Numbered from the stretch's first letter, positions 36,869-47,378 are shown. The stretch is DNA of 64,000 nucleotides from Pseudomonadota bacterium (GCA_021325135.1 JAJPHT010000022.1:32001-96000), one strand, 5' to 3'. Translations and numbers: made by a program. Notes: generated by a model not told the origin, from the letters alone.

Positions 36869-39800
36869 TCACGGCGGGGCCAGCACCCGCGCGCCCCACG
36901 CGTCCATGGCGAGCCCGTGCCACTTCCCGTCGTCCCCCTTCGCGACGGCGGTGAACGTCACCTGGTCCACGGGCTCTCCGTCGCGCCAACCCCCCATCTC
37001 GAAGTTCGGGAACTCTTGCGCGAGCTGCGCCGGGTGATAGCTCACCAGGGGCCCGCCGGGCGTGGTGGCCCGCGAGCCCAGCGCCCACCCGGGCATCCAC
37101 GCCGTCGCATGCCCTTCGGCGGGCGCCGCGCCCAGCGCCATGTCGCCGCCCTGGGGCAGGAACGCGGGGGCCGGCGGGCTCAGACGCGACGCGCCGGCGT
37201 CCGCGACGTAGAAGACGTAGTCCGGCTGGCCCTCGTCGAGCCCGCCTTCGAGGCAGGGCCACGCGGCGTCCCGGGCGGGCGGGCACGCGACGACGCGCGC
37301 CTCCACGCGCCACACGCCCGGCTCGTCCACGACGAAGTTGAGGGCGGGGTCGTGCACGTGCCCCCAGGCGTTGGCCTGCGTCGCGAACGCGCGGACCTTG
37401 CCCGACGGGCTCGTGACGTTGAGGTAGAGGCGCTGCGGGCCCAGCGGCACAAGGTAGCCCCCGAAGTCCGCCGTGTCGCCCGCGACGAGGAGCGAGCCGG
37501 GCCGCGTCCCCGTGGGGTCGTAGAACGCGCGCACGTCGTGGCCGCCGATCCTGAAGAGCGGCGTCGCGGCGGGGTCGAACGGGCTGTCCACGCGCGTCCC
37601 CTTGGCGTCGCCCTGCGGGACGTCGATCCAGAGCGCGCTGTAGGCTCCGGTGAACGACGCGCCGGCGTCGGGCGCGCGCACCACGGCGCCGCCGAAGAGG
37701 AGCTTGTAGTCGTTGGGCGCGTCGCCTTGCGGCCCCATGCCAGGCTGGAGGGCATACGTGTCCTCGCCAAAGCGCCAGTAGGCGCGCGGCACGAGGTCCT
37801 CCCGCGCCGACTCGCGCACGCGAACGCCCGGCTTCTCCACCGTCGCGTAGGCGTAGGCCGTCCGCTGGAGCGTCCCGCCCACGTGGACGTCCGCGCCCGA
37901 GGCCGTCGCGCTGAAGAGCGGCCCGATCCCGGATTGATAGCGCGGCGCCACCACGTCCTGGCCGAAGCCCGGCGTCTCGGGGCCGTCGCTCTGGGGGAGC
38001 GTGATGCCGGTGACGCCCTGCGCCTTGGCCTCCAGCAGCGGCGCGAACGCGTTCGCGGGGTCGGCCGCGGTGAGGGCGACCTTCATGGCGTCGTCGTCCG
38101 TCTCCCACGCGACGTCGCCCGCGAAGTAGGGGAAGTTCAGGTGGTCGCCCCCCACGGGGATGCCCGTGTCGCGGCGCTCGAAGCGCGTCTTGTCCTGCGC
38201 CGAGAGGTCGATGCCGGGGCGGCCGTGCAGCTCGACGCCTCCCGTGGGGTCCGCCACCACGCCGCCGAACGACCACGCCGCGGCCCAGAGCCTTCCCGAG
38301 GCGTCCGTGTGGTTGGCGTAGACGTCGACGCGGTACTCGCCGGGCTGCGTGGGCCGGACGGGCTGGCCCGCGTGCGGGTGGACCCAGCCGAACTCGCTCG
38401 CGTCGGCCTCGGTCGTGCTGTCCACCGTCAGCGCGGCGTCGGGCCCCGTCCACTCGCGGAAGCGGTACGTCACGTGCGCGGGCATCGGCGGGTGGACCTG
38501 CACCGCGCGGTCCACGTACTGCCCCGTCTCCAGGGGCGTCCCGGGCAGCATGCCCAGGTCGAGGTCCAGCGGCTCCGCCACGAGCACGCGGTAGGTCCCC
38601 GAAAGGGCGTAGGCGTTCCCCTGGTCGTCGCGCACCTCGCCCGTCACGCGGATCGTGTGGAGCCCGTCCTTCGCGAACGCGTGGAGGAACGCCCCATCGT
38701 CGGCGGTCGCGAGGCGCGCGACGCCGTCCACGTGGTCGCCGCCGTTGTCGATCATGCCGCCCTCCGCGGTGGTCGCGGTGCGCGAGACCAGCGTCGCGAA
38801 GGGCGCCGGCCCCAGCGTCGTCGTGGCGCCCGACGGGTCGGTGATGGCGACGCTCCAGCTCCCGCCGGGGAGGACGGGGCGCAGCAGGCGCGGCGCGGCG
38901 CCGTCGCGGTCGGTGAGGAGCACCTGCGGCAGGTAGGGGTCGAGAAGGTAGCGGATGGGCGCGCCCGTCGCGTCCGTGCGCGGCGTCACGTGGAGCGGCG
39001 CCTGCCAGGCGATGGCGTTGGTCCAGCCCCAGGCGTCCTCGTCGGCCTGCACGCCGCGGTCCGTCTGCCCCAGCTGGTCGACCAGGAGGAGCGTCGCGAG
39101 GCGCATGGGGGCCGCGAGGCCGCGCGGCAGGATGGAGAGCGGCACGCCGTCCTCGATGACGTACTGCCGCGCGCTGGTCTCCACCACCTCGTTGGGCGGC
39201 GCGCGCGGGCCGTCCACCGGCACGAGGAGCTTCACGGCCCAGCCCCCGGCGGGGAGCCCCGCGGCCTTCGCGCGCACGTCGACGTCGCAGCGCAGCGTGC
39301 TGGCGTCCTCGCGCACGGGCTTGCAGAGCTCGGGATCGGAGAGCGTGGGGTCCGCGCCCTGCGTCATGCGCTCCAGCGGGAAGCCCGCGGGCGTGCGCGT
39401 CGCCGTGGCGAACGCGTCCATGAGGGGCGTGGGGCTCCCCTGCGCGTCGAAGGCGCGGGCGAGCCGCGCGTGGACGGGCACCGTGGGGAGGTCCGCGCTG
39501 GACTGGATGCGCAGCGTGCCGCGCACGCGCACCGTGGCGCCCTCGTCCGCGACCGCGCCGGCGAAGCGCCACCCCAGGTCGGGCGGCGAGTGCCCCGTGG
39601 CGACGGCCTCGCGCTCCCCGGCGGCCAGCGTCACCGGCGCGTGCGCCGCCCGCACGTAGGCCGAGCCGCGCGTGTGGAGGACGCCCGTGACCTGGTCCGC
39701 GATCCGCTCGCCCGGAGGAAGCTGCTCGGGGAGGGTGGCGACCTGCACGTCCGCGCCCTCGCCGCCCGTCACGTCCAGCGAGAAGGAGCCGTCGGCGGCC

Positions 39801-40180
39801 GCGCGGCCCAGGGCGGCGCGCCCCATGCCGAGGTCCGAGGCGTAGACGCGCGCGCCGCCCGGCACCGCGCCCGCCGCGCCCGCGACGCGCAGCGTCCACG
39901 GGCCCGTGGGCGTCGCGGAGATGAGGTCCTCCCGGGGCGGCGCGGGCTCGTTGTAGCCGGCGACCTCGAAGGCGGCGCCCGCGGGCGGAGGCGGCGGGGG
40001 CGCGGGCGTGGAGGGGGTCGGCGTCGCTGCCGTCGTCGCCGTGGGGGTCGAGGGCGTCGTCGCGCCCGTGGGGGAAGGGAGCGTCGTGGTCGCGGGCGGC
40101 GTGCTCGTCGTGGGGCTGGGCGACGAGGGCGCGGAGCAGCCCGCGAGCAGGAGGACGAGCAGGAGCGCCAGGAGCCGCAT
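36869..40180 (-). CDS. Large lipoprotein of unknown function
   Basis: LLAGC lipobox, T/P-rich linker, ~1050-aa beta-rich body. Confidence 0.75.
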   Translation of the reverse strand: MRLLALLLVLLLAGCSAPSSPSPTTSTPPATTTLPSPTGATTPSTPTATTAATPTPSTPAPPPPPPAGAAFEVAGYNEPAPPREDLISATPTGPWTLRVAGAAGAVPGGARVYASDLGMGRAALGRAAADGSFSLDVTGGEGADVQVATLPEQLPPGERIADQVTGVLHTRGSAYVRAAHAPVTLAAGEREAVATGHSPPDLGWRFAGAVADEGATVRVRGTLRIQSSADLPTVPVHARLARAFDAQGSPTPLMDAFATATRTPAGFPLERMTQGADPTLSDPELCKPVREDASTLRCDVDVRAKAAGLPAGGWAVKLLVPVDGPRAPPNEVVETSARQYVIEDGVPLSILPRGLAAPMRLATLLLVDQLGQTDRGVQADEDAWGWTNAIAWQAPLHVTPRTDATGAPIRYLLDPYLPQVLLTDRDGAAPRLLRPVLPGGSWSVAITDPSGATTTLGPAPFATLVSRTATTAEGGMIDNGGDHVDGVARLATADDGAFLHAFAKDGLHTIRVTGEVRDDQGNAYALSGTYRVLVAEPLDLDLGMLPGTPLETGQYVDRAVQVHPPMPAHVTYRFREWTGPDAALTVDSTTEADASEFGWVHPHAGQPVRPTQPGEYRVDVYANHTDASGRLWAAAWSFGGVVADPTGGVELHGRPGIDLSAQDKTRFERRDTGIPVGGDHLNFPYFAGDVAWETDDDAMKVALTAADPANAFAPLLEAKAQGVTGITLPQSDGPETPGFGQDVVAPRYQSGIGPLFSATASGADVHVGGTLQRTAYAYATVEKPGVRVRESAREDLVPRAYWRFGEDTYALQPGMGPQGDAPNDYKLLFGGAVVRAPDAGASFTGAYSALWIDVPQGDAKGTRVDSPFDPAATPLFRIGGHDVRAFYDPTGTRPGSLLVAGDTADFGGYLVPLGPQRLYLNVTSPSGKVRAFATQANAWGHVHDPALNFVVDEPGVWRVEARVVACPPARDAAWPCLEGGLDEGQPDYVFYVADAGASRLSPPAPAFLPQGGDMALGAAPAEGHATAWMPGWALGSRATTPGGPLVSYHPAQLAQEFPNFEMGGWRDGEPVDQVTFTAVAKGDDGKWHGLAMDAWGARVLAPP

Positions 40181-40213
40181 GCGCCGGCACCGCGGCCCCC
40201 GCGCTTAAGCGAA

Positions 40214-40837
40214 TCACTTTGGCCTGACGGCGCGGTCGCCGAAGATCGCGCGCCCCACGCGGACCATGGTGGCGCCCTCCTCGATGGCGGCCTCGTAGTC
40301 CTCGCTCATCCCCATGGAAAGCTCCACGAGAAAGGGCCAGCGCGGCAGAAGCGCGTCGCGCATCTCGCGCAGGCGCCGGAAGTGCGGCCGCGGGTCCTCG
40401 CCCTGGGGCGGCAGCAGCATGAGCCCCACGGCGGGCGCGCCCGCGAGGGCCATGCGCCGCAGCGCGGGCTCCACCTCCTCGGGCGCGAGGCCGTTGCGGT
40501 GCGTCCCGCCGCCCAGGTGGACCTGCACGAGGAGCGGCGCGTCGCGCAGCGCGCCGGCAAGCTCGGGCCGGTCGAAGCTGTGCACGGTGGCGCCCACCTC
40601 CAGGATCTCCTTGAGCTTGTTGCGCTGGAGGTTGCCCAGGAAGTGCCAGCGCGCGTCGCGGGGGAGCGCCTGCGCCTTGGCGCGCATCTCGTCCACGCGG
40701 TTCTCGCCGAAGTCGCGCTGCCCCAGGGCGTAAAGCTCCTGGAGCGCCGAGGCGGGGTGCCCCTTGCCCACGGCGACGAGGCGCGCGCGGCCGCCGACGC
40801 GGCGGACGACCTCGCGATATCGCTCCTCCAGGCTCAT
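40214..40837 (-). CDS. yggS: YggS/PLPBP pyridoxal-phosphate homeostasis protein
   Basis: LVAV.K, DFGEN, WHF.G.LQ.NK, LSMGMS.DY..AI..GAT.VRVG. Confidence 0.92.
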   Translation of the reverse strand: MSLEERYREVVRRVGGRARLVAVGKGHPASALQELYALGQRDFGENRVDEMRAKAQALPRDARWHFLGNLQRNKLKEILEVGATVHSFDRPELAGALRDAPLLVQVHLGGGTHRNGLAPEEVEPALRRMALAGAPAVGLMLLPPQGEDPRPHFRRLREMRDALLPRWPFLVELSMGMSEDYEAAIEEGATMVRVGRAIFGDRAVRPK

Positions 40838-41679
40838 GGCGCCAGCTTCGTGAGCTTCACGCTCTCGTCCCAGAGCCGCTTGCGCGCCGCGAGGTCGCTC
40901 CCCTGGCCCGGCGTCGCGATCTCCTTGCGCTTCGCGAACATCTTGCCCGTGACGGCGGCGTTCTCGGGCGCGGTGGCCAGCCAGACCACGGTGTCCGCGC
41001 CTTCGGCCGCGCTCTTGCCGAACGCGTTGGTCATCCAGCGGAAGACGCCGCCCACGTCGTTGAGCAGCTGCGTGTCCTTGACGAGGCCGGGGTGCAGCGT
41101 GTTCACGACGACGCCGGTGCCCTTGAGGCGCTCGGCCATCTCCTGCGTGAAGAGCACGCGCGCGACCATGGTCTTGGGCGTGGAGCGCATGTAGGAGTAC
41201 TTCTTCTCCGTCTGGAGGTCGGAGAAGTCCACCTTCGCGCCGCCGTAGCGCGACGAGACGTTCACGACGCGCGAGGGCGCGCCGCGCTTCAGCGCGGGGA
41301 GGAGCAGGTTCGTGAGGAGGAAGTAGGCGAGGTAGTTCGTGGCGAACGTCTCCTCCAGGCCGTCGGGCGTGACGCGGCGCGCCTTGCGGAAGACGCCCGC
41401 CGAGTTCACGAGGACATGGAGCTTCTCGTGGGTCGCGAGGAACTCCGCGGCGGCCCGGCGGATGGAGGCCTGCGAGGAGAGGTCGCACTCCAGCAGCGAG
41501 ACGGGGGGCGCGCCGGGCGCGGCGGCCGCGATCTCGCGCGCCGCGGCGGCGCCGCGCTCCTTGCTGCGCACGAGGATGGTGATAGCGGCGCCCTCCTTCG
41601 CGAGCCCGATCGCGGTGGCCTTGCCGATGCCCGAGGTGGCGCCCGTGACGAGGGCGACCTTGCCGTCCATGGTTCCCAT
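40834..41679 (-). CDS. Short-chain dehydrogenase/reductase (retinol-DH-like)
   Basis: TGATSGIG, CDLSS, NSAG, NVSS, LHPG. Confidence 0.88.
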   Translation of the reverse strand: MGTMDGKVALVTGATSGIGKATAIGLAKEGAAITILVRSKERGAAAAREIAAAAPGAPPVSLLECDLSSQASIRRAAAEFLATHEKLHVLVNSAGVFRKARRVTPDGLEETFATNYLAYFLLTNLLLPALKRGAPSRVVNVSSRYGGAKVDFSDLQTEKKYSYMRSTPKTMVARVLFTQEMAERLKGTGVVVNTLHPGLVKDTQLLNDVGGVFRWMTNAFGKSAAEGADTVVWLATAPENAAVTGKMFAKRKEIATPGQGSDLAARKRLWDESVKLTKLAP

Positions 41680-41705
41680 GCCGGGCCCCATGCGCGCGGG
41701 GGCGC

Positions 41706-42890
41706 TTAAGCCAGCTTGGCGAGGCGGGCGGCGGCCGCCTCCAGCGTGGGCATGCTCTTGGCGAAGTGGAAGCGGACGTGGTCCCGCCCAAGCTCCTTGC
41801 GCGAGAAGAACGACGAGGCGGGCACGCCCGCGAGGCCCACGTCCTTCACGAGCCAGAGCGCGAACTCGCGGTCGTCCATCCCCGCGCGGGGCCGCAGCGC
41901 GGAGAAGTCGGCCATGACGTAGTACGCGCCCTCGGGGCGGCTCGCCCGGAAGCCCGCCTTCTGGAGCGTGCCCACGAGGAACTCGCGCTTCGCCTGGTAC
42001 TCGGAGGCCAGCTTGTCGTAGTAGCCGCGCGGCAGGGCCAGCGCGCGGGCGACGCCCATCTGGAGCGGGTGCGGCGCGCCCACGGTGAGGAAGTCGTGCG
42101 TGCGGCGGATGGCGGCGGTCACCGCGGGCGGGGCGACGACCCACGCGACGCGCCAGCCCGTCATGCTGTACGTCTTGCTGGCGCCGCTCACCATGATCAC
42201 GTGCTCGCGCAGGCCCGGCAGGCCGATGGGTGCCACGTGCTTCCGCCCGTCGTAGAGGATGTGCTCGTAGATCTCGTCCGTGACGAGGAACGCCTTGTGC
42301 TGGCGGCAGAGGTCGCCGATGAGCTGAAGCTCCTCGCGCGTGAACACCGTGCCCGCCGGGTTCGCGGGCGTGTTGACGATGATGGCCTTGGTCTTCGCGC
42401 TGAACGCGGCCTTCAGCTCCTCGGGGTCGAAGCGGAAGCCGCGGGAGGGGTGGAGCGGCACGAAGCGCAGCGAGGCGCCGCTGAGCGTGGCGTCGGGGCC
42501 GTAGTTCTCGTAGAACGGCTCGAAGACGATCACCTCGTCGCCCGGGTTCACGATGGCGAGCATGATGGCCATCATCGCCTCGGTGGCGCCGCAGGTGACG
42601 ACGATCTCCTGGTCCGGGTCGACCTCGACGCCGTTGAACCAGCGCATCTTCTCCGCGATGGCCTTGCGCAGCGCGGGCGCGCCCCAGGTGATCGCATACT
42701 GGTTGAATGGGCCGTCCAGGGCCTCCTTCGCGGCGGCGACCACCTCCGCGGGCGGGTTCCAGTCGGGGAAGCCCTGGGCGAGGTTCACGGCGTCGTGCGC
42801 GAGCGCATGGCGCGTCATCTCGCGGATGACGCTCTCGGGGAAGAGGCCGGCGCGCTGCGAGAGGCGCGGGTCGGCGAGGGCGTGGGACAC
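41706..42890 (-). CDS. Class I/II PLP aminotransferase (YbdL/kynurenine AT-like)
   Basis: NLAQGFPD, GATEA, NTP.NP.G, DEIY, SKTYS.TGWR. Confidence 0.93.
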   Translation of the reverse strand: MSHALADPRLSQRAGLFPESVIREMTRHALAHDAVNLAQGFPDWNPPAEVVAAAKEALDGPFNQYAITWGAPALRKAIAEKMRWFNGVEVDPDQEIVVTCGATEAMMAIMLAIVNPGDEVIVFEPFYENYGPDATLSGASLRFVPLHPSRGFRFDPEELKAAFSAKTKAIIVNTPANPAGTVFTREELQLIGDLCRQHKAFLVTDEIYEHILYDGRKHVAPIGLPGLREHVIMVSGASKTYSMTGWRVAWVVAPPAVTAAIRRTHDFLTVGAPHPLQMGVARALALPRGYYDKLASEYQAKREFLVGTLQKAGFRASRPEGAYYVMADFSALRPRAGMDDREFALWLVKDVGLAGVPASSFFSRKELGRDHVRFHFAKSMPTLEAAAARLAKLA

Positions 42891-42930
42891 GCCTCGCCAT
42901 CCGGCGGGGCGCCCATGAGGCTTCCCTCAG

Positions 42931-43055
42931 CCGAAGGGGGTTCGGGGGGGCGAAGCCCCCTGGCGTTTTCATCCCTGGATCAGACGACTTCACGTCAGGG
43001 GGCTTCGCCCCCTGAAACCCCCTCGGGTCGCCGCGCTGCGGCGCGGCGGAGACGA
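42931..43055. mobile_element. REPIN/MITE-like palindromic element (lacks left outer arm)
   Basis: Inverted pair GGGGGGGCGAAGCCCCC and CGTCAGGGGGCTTCGCCCCCTGAAACCCCC, plus right arm GCCGCGCTGCGGCGCGGC. Confidence 0.72.
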
Positions 43056-43060
43056 TCCGA

Positions 43061-43858
43061 TCATCCCGAGCGACGGGCGCGCCCAATCACGGGCGCCTCC
43101 AGGGCGTAGCGCTCGCGGACCCAGCGCGGCGGCCGGTGCGCCAGGAGCACGCCCGCGCTGGCGAGAAGCTCGATGGCCTGCTGGCCGGAGAGCCACCACG
43201 GATCGAGGGAGTGGCCCGACGCGCCCACGGCGAGGGTCACCAGGAGCAGCGCCAGGAGGCTCGCGGAGACCAGCACGACGCGCAGGCGCGCCTGGCGGTC
43301 GCCCACGCGGCGGAAGAGCGCCAAGTAGAGGCCCGCGACGATCACCTGAGGCACGAGGAAGAGCGAGTAGAACACGAGGTAGACGAGGCCCGAGTCGGGG
43401 AGCGGGTTCGCGTAGGCGATGCCCACGGCGTAGTCGTAGGCGCGGAAGCCCACGGGGCGCTGCCACGCCATGGAGGCCCCCGCCGCGACGTAGACGAGCC
43501 CGTAGAAGAAGGTGAAGAAGGGCGAGCCGCGCAGGCTCCCCGTGTAGAGGAACCAGAGATAGCACATGAGGCCGCAGAGGCCCATGCACGCGCAGAGCAC
43601 GTAGAGGAACTGCGTCGAGGCGGCCGCCACGGGGATCCACGGCTGGTCGTTGGCGAAGGAGGCGAGGAGCCCCTGGAGGCCCGTGAGGGCCGAGAGGCCG
43701 GCGAGGCCCCACCACCAGAAGCGGAACGTGCGCGCGCCGTGGCGCCCCTCCTCGGTGAAGGAGGAGCGGGCGGCGTGGCGCCCGATCGCGAGGTAAAGCC
43801 CCGCTGTCGCGAGGCTCAGGACGGAGAAGACGGGAAGGCCTGCGGTTGCCATTGCCAT
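43061..43858 (-). CDS. 7-TM membrane protein of unknown function
   Basis: About 7 hydrophobic helices; host-like codon usage. Confidence 0.65.
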   Translation of the reverse strand: MAMATAGLPVFSVLSLATAGLYLAIGRHAARSSFTEEGRHGARTFRFWWWGLAGLSALTGLQGLLASFANDQPWIPVAAASTQFLYVLCACMGLCGLMCYLWFLYTGSLRGSPFFTFFYGLVYVAAGASMAWQRPVGFRAYDYAVGIAYANPLPDSGLVYLVFYSLFLVPQVIVAGLYLALFRRVGDRQARLRVVLVSASLLALLLVTLAVGASGHSLDPWWLSGQQAIELLASAGVLLAHRPPRWVRERYALEAPVIGRARRSG

Positions 43859-43922
43859 CCTTGAGGGCTCGCGCGCCGCCTGGCTTCAGGGAGCGCGGCA
43901 GGGGCCCTGGGCCCCTGGGCGC

Positions 43923-45644
43923 TCACGAGAGGTGCGTGAACGCCGCGACGCTGGGCACGTCGCCCTTCCCCTCCACGTGCGTCCTCAGGAAGACCATCCA
44001 GTCGCCCGGCTGCGCGACGTCGGCGTCGGGCGGCGCGCGCACCCACACGCCGTCGGAGTCGCGCCGCTCCACGGGGAGCACGACCGCGCGCTCCGCCGCG
44101 TCCCACGCGTGCGTCGTGGCGCCGGGGTGGACGAGCATCACGTCCTGGACCTCCGTCGCGTTGGGCGTCTCCACCTTGAAGGGCTCGCCATACCCGACTC
44201 TGGAGGGCGCCTCGGAGATCACGGGGCGGTGGCCCCAGAAGAGGTAGGGCGGGTCGTAGATCTGCAGGCGCGTCTCGGCGATCTGGTCCTCGTAGGGCAC
44301 GTCGTCCCGGACGGCGGTCCACGGCATGGGCAGCGGAACGTGGCCTCCCGAGAGCACGCGGCCGTCGGGCAGCAGGATGGCCGTGCTGTGGTAGGTGCGC
44401 GGCACGTCCATGCTGGCGCGCTCCTGCCACTGGCCCGTGGCGAGGTCGAACTGCTCGGCGTCCATGACGGGGGGGCTGCGCTGGCCGTGCGCCACGACGT
44501 TGTCAATGAGCCCTCCGCCCACCGCGAGGACGCTGCCGTCGGGGAGCAGCACGCCGTTGGGGAACCAGCGCGCGTGGTTGAGGAGGCCGGTCGCCGCGTG
44601 CGTGACGCCCTCGGGGCCCAGCGTCGTGACCTCGCTGGCGGGCGTCGCGACGACGCTGCGCTGGAGCGTGCCGCCCAGCGTGAGCAGGCGCGCGGTGTAG
44701 CCGTCCGAGGGGTCCAGGGGCAGCATGACGGTGGCGCCGTGCTGGCGCGCGCCGAACTCGCTGGGGCCGAGATAGCTCCAGGCGTTGGTCGCGGGGTCGT
44801 AGGCCTGCTCCAGGCTCCAGAGCCCCTCCTCGGGGCGCTCGCCGAAGGGGCCCCAGAGCGTCGCGTCCGTCTCGTAGAAGAGCTGCCCCTTCAGGGGGCC
44901 GCTGGGCACGACGAAGAGGCGCGGGTACATGGGCAGCAGGTGGTCCGCGCCCGCGACGGGGTGCCAGAGGTCGGCGCCCGCGGAGTAGGTCTCCAGGAGC
45001 GTGTCCATGGTGCGCGGGTCGGTGAGGTTCTGGATGCCGGAGACCGCCAGCGCGCTGCCGTCGGGAAGCTCCATGACCGTGGGGTACCAGCGGCCCACGC
45101 CCATGTCGGCGACGCGCGTCCACGCGCCGGTGGCCGGGTCGAAGGCGCGCGCGTCCTTGAGGCCGTTGACGATGGGCCACGGGTCCTGCGCCTGCCCTTG
45201 CTGCGCCGCGTCCGCGCTCGCCAGCGCCGAGCCGGGGAGCGTCTGCCAGTCGGAGCCGCCCGCCGTGAGCACGCGGCCGTCGGGGAGGATGGTCTGCCCG
45301 CTGCAGAAGAGGTCGCCCGCCGCGCCCTCGGGGTCCGCGGGCGTGGAGACGATCCCGGTCGCGGGGTCCCAGACGCGGCTCTGCGCGTCGACGGGCGTGC
45401 CGGTGAAGAACACGCCGTCGTTCTGGCCCGCCTCGACACCGCTCCAGTAGAGGACCTTCCCGTCGCGGAGAAGCACCATGTTGACCGCGGGGGCCTGGCC
45501 GTCGAAGGGCGCCTCCCAGACGCCCATGACGTCGGCGGGCCCCGAGGGGCCGCGCACCTGCGGGACGGGGGGCAGCGCGAAGGCGAGCGTGGTGGGGACG
45601 ACGAGGGCAAGGAGCGTCAGCGCGACGAACGTCGGACGGACCAC
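43923..45644 (-). CDS. Secreted copper radical oxidase (galactose/glyoxal oxidase, AA5-like; Kelch + DUF1929)
   Basis: DLFCSG (Cys), RWYPT (Tyr), RTYHS (Tyr-His), TTHA (His); N-terminal signal peptide. Confidence 0.85.
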   Translation of the reverse strand: MVRPTFVALTLLALVVPTTLAFALPPVPQVRGPSGPADVMGVWEAPFDGQAPAVNMVLLRDGKVLYWSGVEAGQNDGVFFTGTPVDAQSRVWDPATGIVSTPADPEGAAGDLFCSGQTILPDGRVLTAGGSDWQTLPGSALASADAAQQGQAQDPWPIVNGLKDARAFDPATGAWTRVADMGVGRWYPTVMELPDGSALAVSGIQNLTDPRTMDTLLETYSAGADLWHPVAGADHLLPMYPRLFVVPSGPLKGQLFYETDATLWGPFGERPEEGLWSLEQAYDPATNAWSYLGPSEFGARQHGATVMLPLDPSDGYTARLLTLGGTLQRSVVATPASEVTTLGPEGVTHAATGLLNHARWFPNGVLLPDGSVLAVGGGLIDNVVAHGQRSPPVMDAEQFDLATGQWQERASMDVPRTYHSTAILLPDGRVLSGGHVPLPMPWTAVRDDVPYEDQIAETRLQIYDPPYLFWGHRPVISEAPSRVGYGEPFKVETPNATEVQDVMLVHPGATTHAWDAAERAVVLPVERRDSDGVWVRAPPDADVAQPGDWMVFLRTHVEGKGDVPSVAAFTHLS

Positions 45645-45739
45645 GATGGGGCCTCCCGCCGCGGCGACCAGTCGAGGGGGGCATGAGCATTCTCGTGGGA
45701 CCACGCAGGCTTTTCCGTGCCCCGCGCCGTGCGCCCGCC

Positions 45740-46207
45740 ATGGACACCCCCGCGGTGCAGGACCAGTACGCGCCCCACGGCATCTGCTTTGGATGTGGCC
45801 CCGCGAACGCCAAGGGGCTGCGCATCAAGAGCCGCTGGGAGGGGGACAAGCTCGTCGCCCACTGGCATGCGGAGCCGCACCACCAGGCCTTTCCGGGTGT
45901 CCTCAACGGGGGCATCTGCGGCGCGCTCCTGGACTGCCACTCCAACTGGTGCGCGAGCACGACGCTCCTCAAGCAGCGCGGCCTCTCCGAGGCGCCCACC
46001 ACCGTCACGTCCGAGTTCCACGTCAAGCTCAAGCGCCCCACGCCCGCCGAAGGGGAGATCACCGTGGTCGCCTGGCCCACCAAGGTCGAGGGCGACGTCG
46101 TCACCGTCGAGGCGGAGCTGCACGCGGGCGGCAAGGTCACCGCCACCTGCACGGGCGTCTTCGTCGCCGTGAAGCCGGGCCACCCGGCGTACCACCGGTG
46201 GGGATGA
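45740..46207 (+). CDS. PaaI/hotdog-fold thioesterase
   Basis: CFGCGPAN..GL, G.LNGG....LLD, KRPTP. Confidence 0.85.
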   Translation: MDTPAVQDQYAPHGICFGCGPANAKGLRIKSRWEGDKLVAHWHAEPHHQAFPGVLNGGICGALLDCHSNWCASTTLLKQRGLSEAPTTVTSEFHVKLKRPTPAEGEITVVAWPTKVEGDVVTVEAELHAGGKVTATCTGVFVAVKPGHPAYHRWG

Positions 46208-46316
46208 GCGGAGCTGCCCGGCGCGCCGTGCTGGCGCCCACTGCCCCGGCCTCGCCTGGCGATCCCTCCCGCGACGGGCCCATGGGCTTCATCCGCGCCT
46301 GCGCCCCTGGCCGCGC

Positions 46317-47378
46317 GTGAAGGTCGCGGTCCTGGGCGCCACCGGCCACACGGGGCGCCTCGTCGTGCGCGCGCTGCGCGAGCGGGGCGCGGAGGTCATC
46401 GCGTGCGGCCGCGACGAGAGGGCACTGGCGGCGCTGGGCGTCGAGGCGCGGCGCGTGGACGTGGGCGACGCCGCCTCGCTGCGCTCCGCGATGCGCGAGG
46501 CCGACGCCGTCGCGAACCTCGCCGGGCCGTTCCTGAAGACGGGCCTGGGCCCCGCCCGCGAGGCCGTCGCCCGCGGCGTCCCCTACGCGGACACCACCGG
46601 AGAGCAGGCGTTCATGGCGGCCGTGCGCCGCGAGCTTGACGCCGAGGCGCGCCGCGCGGGCGTCGCGCTGGTGAGCGCGCTGGCATACGAGTACGCCTTC
46701 GCGGACCTGGCCGTCCGCGACCGCTGGCCCTCCGGCGGCGAGGCGCTGCACGTCCTCTACCGCAACCGCGGCGCGCAGGGCAGCGCGGGCACGAAGAAGT
46801 CGATCCTTCGCGTCATGGGCGCGCCCGCCCTGGGCCACGAGGACGGGCGCCTGCGCCGAGTGCCCGCCGCGCGCTTCGCCCGCGTCTTCGCCACCGACGA
46901 CGGGCCGCGCACGGGCCTCTCCTTCCCCGGCGGCGAGATCCTCACCGTGCCGCGCCACACGCCGTTCCGCACCGTGCGCACCTACGTCCCCGCGCGCCAC
47001 CCGCGCATCGTCCGCGCGGTGGCGCCCCTCGCGCGCGCCGCGCTCCGGGGCCCCCTCCTGCGCGCGGCCGAGGCCTACGTCGACGCGCGCCACCGCGAGC
47101 CGCGCAACGAGCGCGCGCGGGGCGAGGTCCATCTCCTGGGCGACGAGCGCCACCTCGTCGTGCGCACGCCCGGCCCCTACCTCGCCACCGCCGAGGTGAT
47201 GGCCGAGGGCATCCTCGCCCTCCCCCGCTCGCCCGCCACCGGCGCGCTGGCGCCCGCGGAGGCGCTCCCCGCCGGGGCGATCCTGGCCGCCATGGCTCGG
47301 CGGATGCCGGAGTTCCGCGTGGAGCCGTTCACGGGCCGCGACGGTCACCGCCCCGCGGCTGTCGAAACCAGTATATAG
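46317..47378 (+). CDS. Saccharopine dehydrogenase-like NAD(P) oxidoreductase
   Basis: GATG.TG, N.AGPF, Y.DTTGE. Confidence 0.8.
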   Translation: MKVAVLGATGHTGRLVVRALRERGAEVIACGRDERALAALGVEARRVDVGDAASLRSAMREADAVANLAGPFLKTGLGPAREAVARGVPYADTTGEQAFMAAVRRELDAEARRAGVALVSALAYEYAFADLAVRDRWPSGGEALHVLYRNRGAQGSAGTKKSILRVMGAPALGHEDGRLRRVPAARFARVFATDDGPRTGLSFPGGEILTVPRHTPFRTVRTYVPARHPRIVRAVAPLARAALRGPLLRAAEAYVDARHREPRNERARGEVHLLGDERHLVVRTPGPYLATAEVMAEGILALPRSPATGALAPAEALPAGAILAAMARRMPEFRVEPFTGRDGHRPAAVETSI

